This document shows, piece by piece, positions 24,710 through 33,752 of a stretch of DNA of 61,091 nucleotides. Source of the stretch: a virus (lineage: Duplodnaviria; Caudoviricetes); IMG/VR virus record IMGVR_UViG_3300021335_000017, positions 1 to 61,091 of that record, one strand, 5' to 3'. The notes under the pieces were generated by a model. That model was not told the origin of the DNA. It was given only the letters and a program-made list of their open reading frames with translations, and ran no database searches. How positions within the stretch are numbered: the first letter of the stretch is position 1; every line of letters starts with the position of its first letter. The position numbers and the translations under genes were made by a program.

Positions 24710-26365
24710 TTGACGGACGATATAGCAGTACGTAAGTGTCGACGGTGCAAAAATACGCACCCTGAGACCCTTTACTCTAGCGAAACGGACGGGTTATGTG
24801 TTTATTGCAAAGCTGATGATGCAGAAGCCCTACCACAACCGCAAGATACAGCTGACTCCGTCGACAAAACAGAGGAGATATCTGTTGAAGAAAAAGCAAA
24901 AGCGGAACTCGCGCTCCGATTCCTCACGCGGAAGAGACTTATCCCTTTCGTTGAACGATTCAATCCCGACTACCAAGCAGGCTGGGTCCATAAAGACATA
25001 TGTAGCAGGCTTGAGCAATTCTCTAAAGACGTGTCTGAGAAAAAGTCTCCAAGGCTTATGCTCTTTATGCCGCCTCGACACGGTAAAAGCACGCTTGCTT
25101 CAGTTGCTTTCCCAGCTTGGCATCTTGGTCGCCACCCTGGGCACGAGTTTATTAGCTGTTCGTACTCTGGTTCGCTCGCTATGGGATTCAGCCGTAAAGT
25201 ACGTCAACTCTTGCGTGAGCCAACTTACAAAACTGCTTTCAAAACTAGACTCGACCCAGATAGCCAATCAGCGGAAGCTTGGCTTACTACTGATGGTGGT
25301 GGTTTTGTTGCTGCTGGTGTTGGTGGCGGTATAACGGGTAAAGGTGCCCACATACTGGTCATCGATGATCCTGTAAAGAATAGAGACGACGCAGAGAGTC
25401 AGAATGCAAGAGATAGTACTTGGGATTGGTACACATCTACCGCTTATACCCGATTGGCACCGGGAGGTGGGGTACTGGTTATCCTTACTCGTTGGCATGA
25501 CGATGATTTGGCGGGGCGGCTCTTAAAGGCAGCTGACAATAACGGCGAACAGTGGGAAGTGGTCAACTATCCAGCGAGAGCTGAAGTTGATGAACAGTAC
25601 CGAAAAGCTGGCGAAGCATTACATAGAGAGCGCTACGATGAAGAAGCGCTTAAGAGAATTGAAAAAGCAGTTGGTCCAAGAGATTGGTCAGCTCTTTATC
25701 AACAGAATCCGGTTGCTGATGACGGCGACTATTTCACACGTGACATGGTGCAGTATTTTGAACGTGATGAAGTTGATTTATCCCAAATGCGGTTTTACTG
25801 CGCGTGGGATTTAGCTATTGGTAAACGGGATAGAAATGACTACACAGTAGGCATGGTAGTCGGCGTTGATGAGTACGATCAGTTGTACGTTGTCGATGTT
25901 GTTAGAGGGAAGTTCGATGGTTTTGAAATCGTTGAACGGATATTGGATTTGTATGAAGAGTGGCGACCCTCAATCATTGGTATTGAGAAAGGTCACATTG
26001 AAATGGCCCTTGGACCGTTCTTGGAGAAACGTGTAAGAGAACGGGGTTTGCATGAAGCATACTTTAAGGACCTTAAGACTGGCCGTCGAGATAAAGAAGC
26101 ACGGGCCAGAGCCATCCAAGGCCGGATGCAACAAGGTATGGTGTTTTTACCAAAAGACGAGCAGTTCACTGGCCCGCTGGTTGCTGAGCTTCTCCGATTC
26201 CCGAATGGGGTACATGACGATCAGGTAGATGCTTTGGCTTGGATTGGTTTGATGATGAGTGAATTTGCTACTTACCAAGCACCTGTAATACATGAGCCTT
26301 CGTGGAGAGACCGGTTAGACACTGTGTTTAAAGTCAAACGAGATAAATCAGCTATGAGCGCATAG
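24710..26365 (+). CDS. terL: Terminase large subunit
   Basis: MPPRHGKS, VIDDP, TRWH, WDLA and HDDQVDA motifs. Confidence 0.95.
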   Translation: MTDDIAVRKCRRCKNTHPETLYSSETDGLCVYCKADDAEALPQPQDTADSVDKTEEISVEEKAKAELALRFLTRKRLIPFVERFNPDYQAGWVHKDICSRLEQFSKDVSEKKSPRLMLFMPPRHGKSTLASVAFPAWHLGRHPGHEFISCSYSGSLAMGFSRKVRQLLREPTYKTAFKTRLDPDSQSAEAWLTTDGGGFVAAGVGGGITGKGAHILVIDDPVKNRDDAESQNARDSTWDWYTSTAYTRLAPGGGVLVILTRWHDDDLAGRLLKAADNNGEQWEVVNYPARAEVDEQYRKAGEALHRERYDEEALKRIEKAVGPRDWSALYQQNPVADDGDYFTRDMVQYFERDEVDLSQMRFYCAWDLAIGKRDRNDYTVGMVVGVDEYDQLYVVDVVRGKFDGFEIVERILDLYEEWRPSIIGIEKGHIEMALGPFLEKRVRERGLHEAYFKDLKTGRRDKEARARAIQGRMQQGMVFLPKDEQFTGPLVAELLRFPNGVHDDQVDALAWIGLMMSEFATYQAPVIHEPSWRDRLDTVFKVKRDKSAMSA

Positions 26366-26367
26366 AT

Positions 26368-28518
26368 ATGAAAAAGCAGAGCAAATTAAGCCCAGCTAAA
26401 GAACAAGAAGTGGCGTCAATCCAGTGGGACAAATATGTTCGCGCTCGTGATAACGGCCATTTAGATTACATCGAAGTAGCAAAAAAATGTGACGCCTTTT
26501 ATACAGGTGAGCAGTGGGACGAGTTTGACAAAATGTCCCTTGAGGCGGAAGGTCGCCCAGCCCTAACTATCAATACTATCCTACCTACTATTAATACCGT
26601 ACTTGGTGAACAGTCCACACGTAGAGCAGATGTCCGTTTTAAACCTCGCAGAGGTGGCGATGCAGAAGTAGCGAATACTTTAACTAAGCTCTATATGCAG
26701 ATTGCAGATAACAACAAGCTCGATTGGATTGAGCAACAGGTATTTGCAGACGGACTCATAATGGATGGCCGTGGTTATTTTGACGTTCGCATGGACTTTA
26801 CTGACCATGTAGAAGGTGAAATTCGGATCACTGCCAAAGATCCACTAGACATTCTTATCGACCCAGACGCAAAAGATGCTGATCCAAAAACTTGGAACGA
26901 AATTTTCGAGACGAAATGGATGACTCTGGATGAGATTGAAGATCTGTATGGTAAGAAGAAAGCAGAAGCCCTTCAATTTATCGCTGAGAACGGCAACAGT
27001 TTTGGCCGAGATTCAGTAGAGTATGAAGAGACACGTTACGGTGATCTTGACCCGGGCGAAGATGTATTTGGCGCTGGAGTACCAGAAGATGAATATCGCA
27101 ATGTACGCTCACTTCGCGTAATAGAACGTCAACATAAAAGATTGTCACGCTGTGACTTCTTCGTAGACCCAAATACAGGTGATATGAGAGAAGCACCAGA
27201 AGCGTGGAGTGATTCCAAAAAGAAAAAGTTCGCTAAAGAATATGGCTTAAGTCTTATAAGTAAGATGAAGCGTAAGGTCCGCTGGACAGTTACGTGCGAC
27301 AAGGTTGTGCTGCATGATGATTGGTCTCCGTATAGTGACTTCACAATTATTCCTTACTTCGCTTATTTCAGAAGAGGCCGTCCGTTCGGGATGGTTAGAA
27401 ACCTGTTAAGCCCGCAAGAGCAGCTTAATAAGATTGCCTCACAAGAACTCCATATTGTTAACTCAACAGCTAATAGCGGGTGGATGGTTGAATCTGGCTC
27501 ACTAGTTGGTATGACAGCTGATGATCTTGAAGAGCACGGTGCTGAAACTGGACTTGTACTTGAGTACAACAGAGGCTCAACACCCCCAACTAAGATCAAC
27601 CCGAGTCAAATCCCATCTGGGTTAGATCGTATTTCTCAAAAAGCGCAGATCAATATAAAAGCTATTTCAGGTATTAATGACTCTATGCTGGGCTCTGATA
27701 GTGCGGAAGTATCAGGGGTTGCTATACAAGCCAAGCAGAATCGTGGCGCAGTTATGATTCAAGTACCGCTGGATAACTTGCGTAAGTCTAGACAGTACCT
27801 TGCTGAGCGAGTACTGAACTTAGTTCAGACCTTCTATACAGAACAGCGCATTATACAAGTAACCAATGAAGATGATCCAATGCGTCCTCGCGAACCTATG
27901 GTCGTAAACGAGATGACACCAGAGGGTAAGATCATAAACGACCTCACTATAGGTGAATACGACGTTGTTATCTCTACAGCACCAGCTCGCGATAGCTTTG
28001 ATGAAGTTCAATTTGCTGAAGCACTTAACCTACGTCAAGTTGGCGTTAATATCCCTGACGATGCAATTATTGAGTACTCACACCTAGCTAGAAAAGGTGA
28101 GCTTGCTAAACGTATTCGCATGATGACAGGCGTTGAGATGAGCGAAGAGCAGCAACAAGCAGCCGCCGCCCAGCAAGAGATTGAAATGCAACAAATACAG
28201 CTTGAGATTGCGAAGATGCAAGCTGAAGTTCAGAAGCTACAGTCTGAAACTGCCGTCAACATGGCTAAAGTACAAGATACAGCCGATGTACAACCACAGT
28301 TAAGAATGGCTGAACTACAGTCTAAGATCGGAATGAAAGAGCAAGAACTTACGTTACGTAGAGAACTTGCCGCACTTACTAACCAAACCAGAGCCCAACA
28401 GGCTGAAACCAACGCCGCAACTCGTATTGCCGCAACTGCTATGCAGACTGCTGCTAAAGAGAATGCACAACCTAAACAGGTCGATATACCGAACAGTCGA
28501 CCACCTATCAACCAATAG
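26368..28518 (+). CDS. Portal protein (P22/N4-like, coiled-coil C-terminal barrel)
   Basis: FYTGEQW...GRPALTINTI, SGVAIQ and a Q-rich C-terminal helix; follows terL. Confidence 0.92.
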   Translation: MKKQSKLSPAKEQEVASIQWDKYVRARDNGHLDYIEVAKKCDAFYTGEQWDEFDKMSLEAEGRPALTINTILPTINTVLGEQSTRRADVRFKPRRGGDAEVANTLTKLYMQIADNNKLDWIEQQVFADGLIMDGRGYFDVRMDFTDHVEGEIRITAKDPLDILIDPDAKDADPKTWNEIFETKWMTLDEIEDLYGKKKAEALQFIAENGNSFGRDSVEYEETRYGDLDPGEDVFGAGVPEDEYRNVRSLRVIERQHKRLSRCDFFVDPNTGDMREAPEAWSDSKKKKFAKEYGLSLISKMKRKVRWTVTCDKVVLHDDWSPYSDFTIIPYFAYFRRGRPFGMVRNLLSPQEQLNKIASQELHIVNSTANSGWMVESGSLVGMTADDLEEHGAETGLVLEYNRGSTPPTKINPSQIPSGLDRISQKAQINIKAISGINDSMLGSDSAEVSGVAIQAKQNRGAVMIQVPLDNLRKSRQYLAERVLNLVQTFYTEQRIIQVTNEDDPMRPREPMVVNEMTPEGKIINDLTIGEYDVVISTAPARDSFDEVQFAEALNLRQVGVNIPDDAIIEYSHLARKGELAKRIRMMTGVEMSEEQQQAAAAQQEIEMQQIQLEIAKMQAEVQKLQSETAVNMAKVQDTADVQPQLRMAELQSKIGMKEQELTLRRELAALTNQTRAQQAETNAATRIAATAMQTAAKENAQPKQVDIPNSRPPINQ

Positions 28519-28527
28519 GATATTGAT

Positions 28528-29544
28528 ATGAGCAACGAAGAAGCTAAAACAGAAGAGAAGTTAGAGTTTAATGTAATGCCGGGAGCAGACACCTCTCAGG
28601 AAGAGGATCAAGAACTTTTAGACTTGAGTTTTGATGAGCCAGAGCCAGAGGAGGAAACCGTTGAAGAGACTGTTGCCGAAGAACCCGAAGAAGTTGTGGC
28701 CGAAGAAGAGACCGAGGAGCCTGCAGAAGATGTTGAACCTGAAGCAGAGTCTGAGGAAGAGCCAGAAGCCCTAAAAGAACCTGAGCCCGAACCTGAGCCC
28801 GAACCTGAAGTAGAGGAAAAGCCCACCAAAAAACCAATGGTGCCTAAGTCTCGACTTGATGAGGTTCTTGCGAAGCAGAAAGAGCTACAGAAACAGCTAG
28901 ACGGTCTTAAGGCGGCACAAGCGCCTGCAGAAGATGCTCCAGAAGCTTATGACTTTGTTGCTAAAGAGGTCGAATACCAAAACGCCGTACTAGACGGTGA
29001 AGCAGAAAAAGCTGCACAGCTTCGTGCTGAGATACGTGCAGCAGAACGCACTCAGATTGAGTACGAAATGACTCAAAAAATGACTCAAACCGTGTCTCAA
29101 AACCAAGAGGCTACAGCGTTGCAAGCAGCAGCTAATGAGTTAGAGCGATCGTTCCCAGTCTTCGATGCTAGTTCGCCTGAATATAACGAAGCAATGACAA
29201 ATGAAGTTATTGAATTGCGCGACGCTTTCATGATTAAAGGTGAAAACGCAGTTGCAGCTCTATCAAAGGCAGCTCGTTTTGTTGTCGGCGAGTACGGGCT
29301 AATTGAAGATGACCCAGCCCCAGCTCTTGCCGCTAAAGCTGCACCAGCTGTTGATGAGGTCGCAAAGAAGCGAAAAGAAGTGAGCAAAAAACTTAAGGCT
29401 GCTGACGCGCAACCGCCGGAGCTACCGGGTGAAAGCTCTGCTGCTAGAGGCGAAAAGCCTTTTAATGTCGCTAGTATGACAGAAGAAGAGTTTGATGCAC
29501 TTCCTGAAGCAACTCTTAAACGTTTACGAGGAGATATCCTCTAA
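28528..29544 (+). CDS. Capsid scaffolding protein
   Basis: Acidic E/P-rich N-terminus, MVPKSRLDEV, MTEEEFDALPE C-terminus. Confidence 0.75.
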   Translation: MSNEEAKTEEKLEFNVMPGADTSQEEDQELLDLSFDEPEPEEETVEETVAEEPEEVVAEEETEEPAEDVEPEAESEEEPEALKEPEPEPEPEPEVEEKPTKKPMVPKSRLDEVLAKQKELQKQLDGLKAAQAPAEDAPEAYDFVAKEVEYQNAVLDGEAEKAAQLRAEIRAAERTQIEYEMTQKMTQTVSQNQEATALQAAANELERSFPVFDASSPEYNEAMTNEVIELRDAFMIKGENAVAALSKAARFVVGEYGLIEDDPAPALAAKAAPAVDEVAKKRKEVSKKLKAADAQPPELPGESSAARGEKPFNVASMTEEEFDALPEATLKRLRGDIL

Positions 29545-29554
29545 GAGGTGATCT

Positions 29555-29842
29555 ATGCCAACTAAGAAAGACCCAAGATTAGCCCGAGCCGGAGTTTCGG
29601 GCTATAACAAACCAAAAAGGACTACGAGCCACCCCACAAAGAGCCACGTTGTAGTAGCTAAAGAGGGAGACAAGGTTAAGACAATCCGATTTGGCCAGCA
29701 AGGTGTGAAAGGAGCGGGTAAAAACCCTAAGTCGGCTAAAGATAAAGCTCGTAAGAAGAGCTATTACGCACGCCATAACGCACAAGACAGTAGCCCGTCA
29801 AAACTGTCAGCACGTTATTGGTCTCACAAAGTTAAGTGGTAA
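29555..29842 (+). CDS. Small basic conserved viral protein
   Basis: KTIRFGQQG...RKKSYYARH...SARYWS motif; GAGG RBS. Confidence 0.75.
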   Translation: MPTKKDPRLARAGVSGYNKPKRTTSHPTKSHVVVAKEGDKVKTIRFGQQGVKGAGKNPKSAKDKARKKSYYARHNAQDSSPSKLSARYWSHKVKW

Positions 29843-29854
29843 GAGGTATTTGTT

Positions 29855-29953
29855 ATGCATGATGGAAAACCCTGTAAGGGCAAACGAAAGACAGCAGCTA
29901 AAAAAACCGCCAAGAAAAAAAGCAAAAAAGTAGTCAAGAAAAAAGGGTACTGA
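29855..29953 (+). CDS. 32-aa very basic peptide (not in track)
   Basis: MHDGKPCKGKRKTAAKKTAKKKSKKVVKKKGY; GAGG RBS. Confidence 0.6.
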   Translation: MHDGKPCKGKRKTAAKKTAKKKSKKVVKKKGY

Positions 29954-29954
29954 T

Positions 29955-30614
29955 ATGCCCGCTAAAAGGATTGCCATAGCTCTCGTCTGCTTGTCAGTCG
30001 AGGCATTTGCCGATGGGGGTGCTAATAGTCAAGAAGGCAGCCTCAACACGTATAACAACGGCTCTACTGTTAGTAGTAATAATACTACTTCAGACACTAG
30101 TACAACTAACCATTACAACGGTGCAGGTTCGTCTAGTGAGATACCTGTAGGAAGTGCTATTAGCCCCTCCTATATGAGCAATGGTATGGACACCTGTTTA
30201 AAAGGCTCTGGCGGTTCGCTTCAGACTGTCGGAGTTGGTATATCTAGTGGTGAATATGAAGTTGATCCGAACTGCGATAGGAGAAGAGATGCAAAACTTC
30301 TATCGGATCTAGGTATGAAGGTCGCAGCTGTAGCGAGGATGTGCGAGGAAGAAATCGTATGGAAATCGATGTTTATGTCAGGAACACCCTGTCCAGTACA
30401 ACAGGGCGGCAGACTGGTTGTTGGGAAACGAGCTTACTTTCTAATGAAGAGCAACCCTACATTATTTATACCCGCTTATGGGAAAGTAGGTAGAAAGTTT
30501 ACGGAAACCCAACTTTGGTTTAATGCAATACTTGGTATAGGTGTCGAATCCGATGAAGAACAAACTGATGATAATGAGTCTGTTAGCGATAAGTTCCGCA
30601 GCTCACTCAAATGA
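29955..30614 (+). CDS. Exported Cys-containing protein
   Basis: Signal peptide (AFA|D), S/N/T-rich linker, four Cys in the mature part. Confidence 0.75.
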   Translation: MPAKRIAIALVCLSVEAFADGGANSQEGSLNTYNNGSTVSSNNTTSDTSTTNHYNGAGSSSEIPVGSAISPSYMSNGMDTCLKGSGGSLQTVGVGISSGEYEVDPNCDRRRDAKLLSDLGMKVAAVARMCEEEIVWKSMFMSGTPCPVQQGGRLVVGKRAYFLMKSNPTLFIPAYGKVGRKFTETQLWFNAILGIGVESDEEQTDDNESVSDKFRSSLK

Positions 30615-31389
30615 ACTAGATAATTTAATTAATGCTTCTAATGCTTTAGTAGATCAGATTGATCGCGGGATCATACTTACTGGGGCAGCTATGGAGTATT
30701 CCTACACAGGCACAGGCCTATCAGATGGCACCTTGTCATCTACCGCCCACATTAGCACAGAGCAATTAGATGCTTACAACAATGCGTTGACAGGTATGAG
30801 CACGTATCTGCCTTATGGTTCTGTACAAGATGTCCTTAACGAGAAAGCGGCGCAAGAGCTAGATCTAATGGATGCTGCTATCGATACATTTACAGAAGTT
30901 GTAGTTGACATGGTACAGGTAGTACAAGTTGCTGAGATGGCAGAAGAAGCATCTAGCCCCGATGAGGAAGCAGCTGTGCAAGACTTCGTAGCAGCAAACA
31001 CTGAAGTACTTACCATAGACCAGCAAGAAGTCGATACATACAACCAGTCTCTTGATGACATTGAAACGCATGCAAACAACGCCAGTGCATTCATTGCAGT
31101 AGCTGAAAACTCAGCAGCTGTGGACTTCTTACAGCAAGGGGCGGAGAACAATAATACGACAGCAGAGCAAGCTACGGTTACTTATAGTGCTAATCAGCAA
31201 TGGGTAAGTATGCGTTGGGCCAGCACTAATAATGCTACTGCCGTATTCCTAAATGGAAACGATAACTTTGGGATAGACCTATACGTCAGTGAAGCAGACG
31301 TACTGGCTATAGGATCTGACTCAGATTACTACTTAACAGGCCCGACGGCTAATGGGTTTAATTGTTTTATGTATGAGGAATGCGAATGA
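30553..31389 (+). CDS. Exported acidic helical protein
   Basis: Signal peptide MKNKLMIMSLLAISSAAHS|N. Confidence 0.75.
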   Translation: MKNKLMIMSLLAISSAAHSNELDNLINASNALVDQIDRGIILTGAAMEYSYTGTGLSDGTLSSTAHISTEQLDAYNNALTGMSTYLPYGSVQDVLNEKAAQELDLMDAAIDTFTEVVVDMVQVVQVAEMAEEASSPDEEAAVQDFVAANTEVLTIDQQEVDTYNQSLDDIETHANNASAFIAVAENSAAVDFLQQGAENNNTTAEQATVTYSANQQWVSMRWASTNNATAVFLNGNDNFGIDLYVSEADVLAIGSDSDYYLTGPTANGFNCFMYEECE

Positions 31390-31856
31390 GCCTAGAAAAT
31401 ACTGAATTAAAGATAGGAAACACCAGCTTTAAAGGTGTATGGATCGCAATAGTGCTAACGATTGGCACCAGTATTGGTGGCACCGTGTGGACAGCTAGTA
31501 GCCTGTACTCCCGTTTAGAGGGCGTTGAGGCTAAAAAAATTCCTAATATAACACCGTTAGAAGAGTCTATAGCGCTGATACAAACACAACTTACAGATAA
31601 TGACGTCCCAAAGTTGCAGGGCAAACTAGCTGAACTAGGCGTAAACCTTAAAACCATAGCTGAGCAGCAAGAGAAGCTATTAGAGATTAAAGGTGAAGTA
31701 AAAGAGCTAAAAGAACAAGTGATTCAAATGCAAACAACCGTCGATAAAGCAGAGCGGGCAGCTAGTGATTTAGGTAAATATGACCTAGATAAAATTACTA
31801 GAGAAATACAAGATCTGTGGGATGGTATGGATTATTTATCAAATCCACTAAATTAG
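31386..31856 (+). CDS. Membrane-anchored coiled-coil protein
   Basis: TM segment VWIAIVLTIGTSIGGTVW followed by heptad repeats; ATGA coupling. Confidence 0.75.
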   Translation: MSLENTELKIGNTSFKGVWIAIVLTIGTSIGGTVWTASSLYSRLEGVEAKKIPNITPLEESIALIQTQLTDNDVPKLQGKLAELGVNLKTIAEQQEKLLEIKGEVKELKEQVIQMQTTVDKAERAASDLGKYDLDKITREIQDLWDGMDYLSNPLN

Positions 31857-31857
31857 T

Positions 31858-31886
31858 TTGCATACTTATATTAGTTGGGCTAATAT
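31858..31886 (+). promoter_or_regulatory. Capsid promoter with embedded operator (31869-31885)
   Basis: TTGCAT-17-TAATAT; TATTAG-ttggg-CTAATA. Confidence 0.82.
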
Positions 31887-31897
31887 TTAATACAGGT

Positions 31898-32085
31898 TCG
31901 TCTATCAGTACGATAACTGGTCGGCCCGTAGCCGTAAAAAACGTATCTTTCGCCTACACAGGCGTAAAACTTGTCGAGATCGCGTCTCGTTAAACAGCGC
32001 TAGTTCGTCATCCCACGATACGGGAAAACGGATTAGCCGCTCCATAAGTCGGCTAAGAGACGTGGCATGTGCCACATAATTTTTT
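31898..32085 (+). ncRNA. Structured 5' leader of capsid mRNA: five tandem pseudoknots plus two hairpins
   Basis: Five hairpins whose loops pair with sequence just downstream of a short, usually A-rich, linker; then TTAGCCG/CGGCTAA and GTGGCA/TGCCAC hairpins and a T-run. Confidence 0.65.
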
Positions 32086-32106
32086 GTCAATTTATTGGAG
32101 ACTATT

Positions 32107-33312
32107 ATGTCTAGTAATTTAACTAATTTCGGTACGCTATCAGGCGACCAACTTCAGGCGTGGTCACGCGACTTCTGGAAAGTAGCGCGTAACCAATCTT
32201 TCATCAATCAGTTTGCTGGCACTGGCTCAAACGCTATGGTTCAGCGCGTAACTGAATTAACTAAGTCTCAAAAAGGCACAAAAGCTAATATCACATTGCT
32301 AGCCGATATGACTGGAGACGGTATCACTGGTGACTTCACTCTAGAAGGCAATGAAGAAGCATTGCGTGCATATGATATCAGCATTGAGCTGGATCAATTG
32401 CGCTTTGCTAACAGAATTGCTGGCCGCATGGCTGACCAAAAGACTGTAGTTAACTTCCGTGAGCAATCTCGTGATGCTCTCGCTTATGCAATGGCTGACC
32501 GTATTGACCAGTTAGCGTTCCTAACGTTGTCTGGTGTTGGCTACAACATGAAGAACAACGGCGCAACCCGCGCTAACTCTGAGGATCCATCTGGCGATGT
32601 CACTAAAAGCGGTAACGCACTACAAGATCTTGAGTTCTCATCAGATGTTTCTGCTCCAACTGACGCACGTTGGTTACGAGTAAGCGGTTCAGGTGCTAAT
32701 GCTTCTCTGGCAGATGGTGACACTGACGCGATTACAGCTACTGATAAGCTTGGCTATCGCTCTATCGTTGAGCTAAAAGCGTACGCGAAAGACAACTACA
32801 TCCGTGGTATTCGCGCTGCTGGAAACCAAGAAGTATTCCACATGTTCGTTACTCCACAGCAAATGGCTGACCTTAAGTTAGATGCTGACTTCATCGCTAA
32901 CGTTCGTAACGCGGGTGTACGTGGTGCATCTAACAGCTTGTTCGCTGGTACTTCAAGCTTGATGGTAGATGGTGTAATGATCCACGAATTCCGTCATGTG
33001 TTTAACACTTCTGGCGCTACTGCTGGTACTTCTTCTGACGGCACTGATACAGGGGCGTACGGTAAGAAGTGGGGCGCTGACGCTAAAGTAGATGGTGCAC
33101 GTGCTCTATTCTGTGGTGCTCAAGCTCTAGCTATGGCTGATATCGGTCTACCTGAAATGGTTGAAGATACTTTCGACTATGGTAACCAGTCAGGTATCTC
33201 TGTAGGTAAGATCTTCGGTCTACGTAAGCCTATGTACAACACTGATTATGCAGCTTCTGGTAAAGCCGCTGTTCAAGACTTCGGTGTTATCTGCTTAGAC
33301 ACTGCACAGTAA
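32107..33312 (+). CDS. Major capsid protein (N4-gp56-like)
   Basis: TNF...AWSRDFW..AR, LEGNEEAL, IDQLAFLTLSG, FDYGNQ and DFGVI motifs; GGAG RBS; followed by a terminator. Confidence 0.92.
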   Translation: MSSNLTNFGTLSGDQLQAWSRDFWKVARNQSFINQFAGTGSNAMVQRVTELTKSQKGTKANITLLADMTGDGITGDFTLEGNEEALRAYDISIELDQLRFANRIAGRMADQKTVVNFREQSRDALAYAMADRIDQLAFLTLSGVGYNMKNNGATRANSEDPSGDVTKSGNALQDLEFSSDVSAPTDARWLRVSGSGANASLADGDTDAITATDKLGYRSIVELKAYAKDNYIRGIRAAGNQEVFHMFVTPQQMADLKLDADFIANVRNAGVRGASNSLFAGTSSLMVDGVMIHEFRHVFNTSGATAGTSSDGTDTGAYGKKWGADAKVDGARALFCGAQALAMADIGLPEMVEDTFDYGNQSGISVGKIFGLRKPMYNTDYAASGKAAVQDFGVICLDTAQ

Positions 33313-33325
33313 GAAAGTAATATCC

Positions 33326-33351
33326 GCCCCCTCTTAGGAGGGGGCATTTTT
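33326..33351 (+). terminator. Rho-independent terminator after the capsid gene
   Basis: GCCCCCTC-ttag-GAGGGGGC-ATTTTT. Confidence 0.85.
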
Positions 33352-33365
33352 CGTAAGGAGTACAT

Positions 33366-33743
33366 ATGAAAGTTATAAGCGACAAAGACATGTGCATAGC
33401 CAGTACGTGGGGGTCAGGCACAAGACTATATGCAAATGTCCCAAAAAATGTAGGCGAGGATATAGGTCTTTTAGCGTTGCAACAAGGCGCACAAAGATAC
33501 AACCCTGACAACGTAGCCCACCAAGAACCCGAAGAAGCGGTTTTTGAAGAAGTAGTTGAAGAGGCTACAGAAGAATTCGATCCGGCTCTAATGGAGTGTT
33601 TACAAAAGCTAATAGAGCAGGGTAACCCAGAAGATTTTAAAGTTGATGGAACACCAAAAGCATCCATCATAAACAAAGCTGTAGGCCGAACTGTTCGAAG
33701 TGAAGAGAGAGAAGCAGCTTGGGAAGCAGCACTAAACGCATAG
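33366..33743 (+). CDS. Hypothetical head-module protein
   Basis: DFKVDGTPK...ER.AAW C-terminal motif; AAGGAG RBS. Confidence 0.7.
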   Translation: MKVISDKDMCIASTWGSGTRLYANVPKNVGEDIGLLALQQGAQRYNPDNVAHQEPEEAVFEEVVEEATEEFDPALMECLQKLIEQGNPEDFKVDGTPKASIINKAVGRTVRSEEREAAWEAALNA

Positions 33744-33752
33744 GTATTTAAA

